This document shows, one piece after another, positions 62,667 through 64,000 of a stretch of 64,000 bases of DNA (within the stretch, counting starts at the first letter, position 1; the number at the start of each line of letters is the position of its first letter). Position numbers and translations under genes: made by a program. The notes beneath the pieces were generated by a model. That model ran no database searches. It was not told the origin of the DNA and worked only from the letters and a program-made list of their open reading frames with translations. This stretch comes from Mobula hypostoma (Eukaryota). Location of the stretch: assembly GCF_963921235.1 (NCBI RefSeq), contig NC_086097.1, forward strand, positions 179,678,001 through 179,742,000, read 5' to 3'.

Positions 62667-64000
62667 CTAAACATACAATGAACAAGGTCAATATTTCAAC
62701 TTTGGGTGAAGTGCTCATCCATTCTGTCATGGCACTGAGCAGCACAGAAACAAGCCAGTCAGACCACTGTGACCATGCTGACCCATGTATCTTGCTGCCT
62801 TAGTAAAGCAACCAACATAAACAAAATCCCACCCACCCCAGACATTCACTCTTTTTCCCTCTCCCATGGTCCTTAATATGATAAGCTGGACTCACGGCCT
62901 CACAATTCAGCTCACTGTGGCTTTGCACCTTCACGTCCCCCTGCACTGCACGTTCTCTGTAGTTGCTATACTTTATTTTGCATTATGTTACTCTTTTCCC
63001 TTATACTAGTTCAATGTACAGTTGTAATGAAATTATCTGCATGCAGAACGAAGTTTTTCACTGTACCTAGGTAAACAGAATAATAACAAACTTGTTTACA
63101 AATTACCAGCACTTGGTCTGTTACCTTCCTCATCTCATCTTAAATGTTGTGAGATGCTCTGCCTCCAACATGCCATCAGGCAGCAGACTCCAGGTTCCAA
63201 CCCCTCTTTAGGTAGGAACATTCTTCCTCCAATCCTCTCCAAGTCTCCTTTACCCTAAACTTTTGCCCTCTGCAATGGGGGAAAGTTTCCTAAAATCCAC
63301 TTTATCTATGCTGCTCACGACTTTGTACATCTTTCAGGTTTCCTGCGCTCCGGAGGTAATGAACGCTGCCTATTACTGAGATGCTTCAACTAAGGCAACA
63401 TAGAACAGAGAATGGAAGAGCACAGGAACAGGCCCTTCAACCCACAATCTTGTGTTGAGCAAGATGAACTAGTGATGCCTAATTACACTAATCCCTTCTG
63501 CCTCCACATGGTCCATATCCCTCCAGTTCATGTATCAGTCCAACAACCTGTTAAATATCCCTATCGTATCTGACTTCATCAGCACCATTTCAAGCATCCA
63601 CTGCTTTCAATGTGAACAAAAACTTTCCCAGCCCATCTCCACTGAACTTTACCCTTCTCGCTTAATATGCACACCTTTTTATATTAGACATTTTGACCTT
63701 GTGCCAATTATATTGGCTGGCTACTCTATCATTGTCTTTCATAATTTTAGAAACCTCTATCGGGTCTCCCTTCTGCCTCTGAAGCTCCACAGAAAACTAC
63801 CCACGTTTGCACACCCTCTCCCCATCCTGGTGAATCTCCTCTGCACCCTCTCCAGTGCACTCACTGCATTCCCATAGTGTGGCGACCAGAAATGCACACA
63901 GTGTTCCAGCTGTGGCCCAAACAACGTTTTACTAAGTTGTGCCATAACTGCCTGTTCTTAAGTTCTCTGCCCTAACTAAGGAAGGAGAACAAATTTGTAA

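Noticed and set aside
62700..64000. Additional upstream LAMA3 exon
   Set aside because: Only LINE relics seen; the next exon is presumably beyond the window

Overview
Eukaryotic (vertebrate) genomic DNA. The repeat content (CR1 LINEs, V-SINE-like elements, Penelope-like elements, Rex1/Babar-like fragments) suggests a cartilaginous fish, probably a ray; this is inferred. Two host genes lie on the minus strand. (1) The last 24 coding exons of a laminin alpha chain run from 62666 down to the stop at 22698. I traced them by hand: all GT-AG, all phases consistent, 3450 nt = 1149 aa + stop, covering the end of the coiled coil plus LG1-LG5. I call it LAMA3 from sequence and from its tandem position upstream of (2) TTC39C, whose first coding exon (7683-7529) lies in a CpG island. 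The rest is introns and intergenic DNA dense with transposable elements. These include an uninterrupted 999-codon CR1 ORF2, a decayed L1, a decayed Penelope-like element and a pogo/Tigger-like relic. Most notable: (a) a 1636-bp TA-flanked Sleeping Beauty-family Tc1 element whose left end has been replaced by an inverted copy of its right end, giving two right IR/DRs and ~430-bp arms; (b) minimal hammerhead ribozyme motifs at Penelope 3' ends, one with an intact catalytic core. Most short ORFs in the supplied track are repeat-derived or spurious. All homology statements come from recalled sequences, not from database searches.
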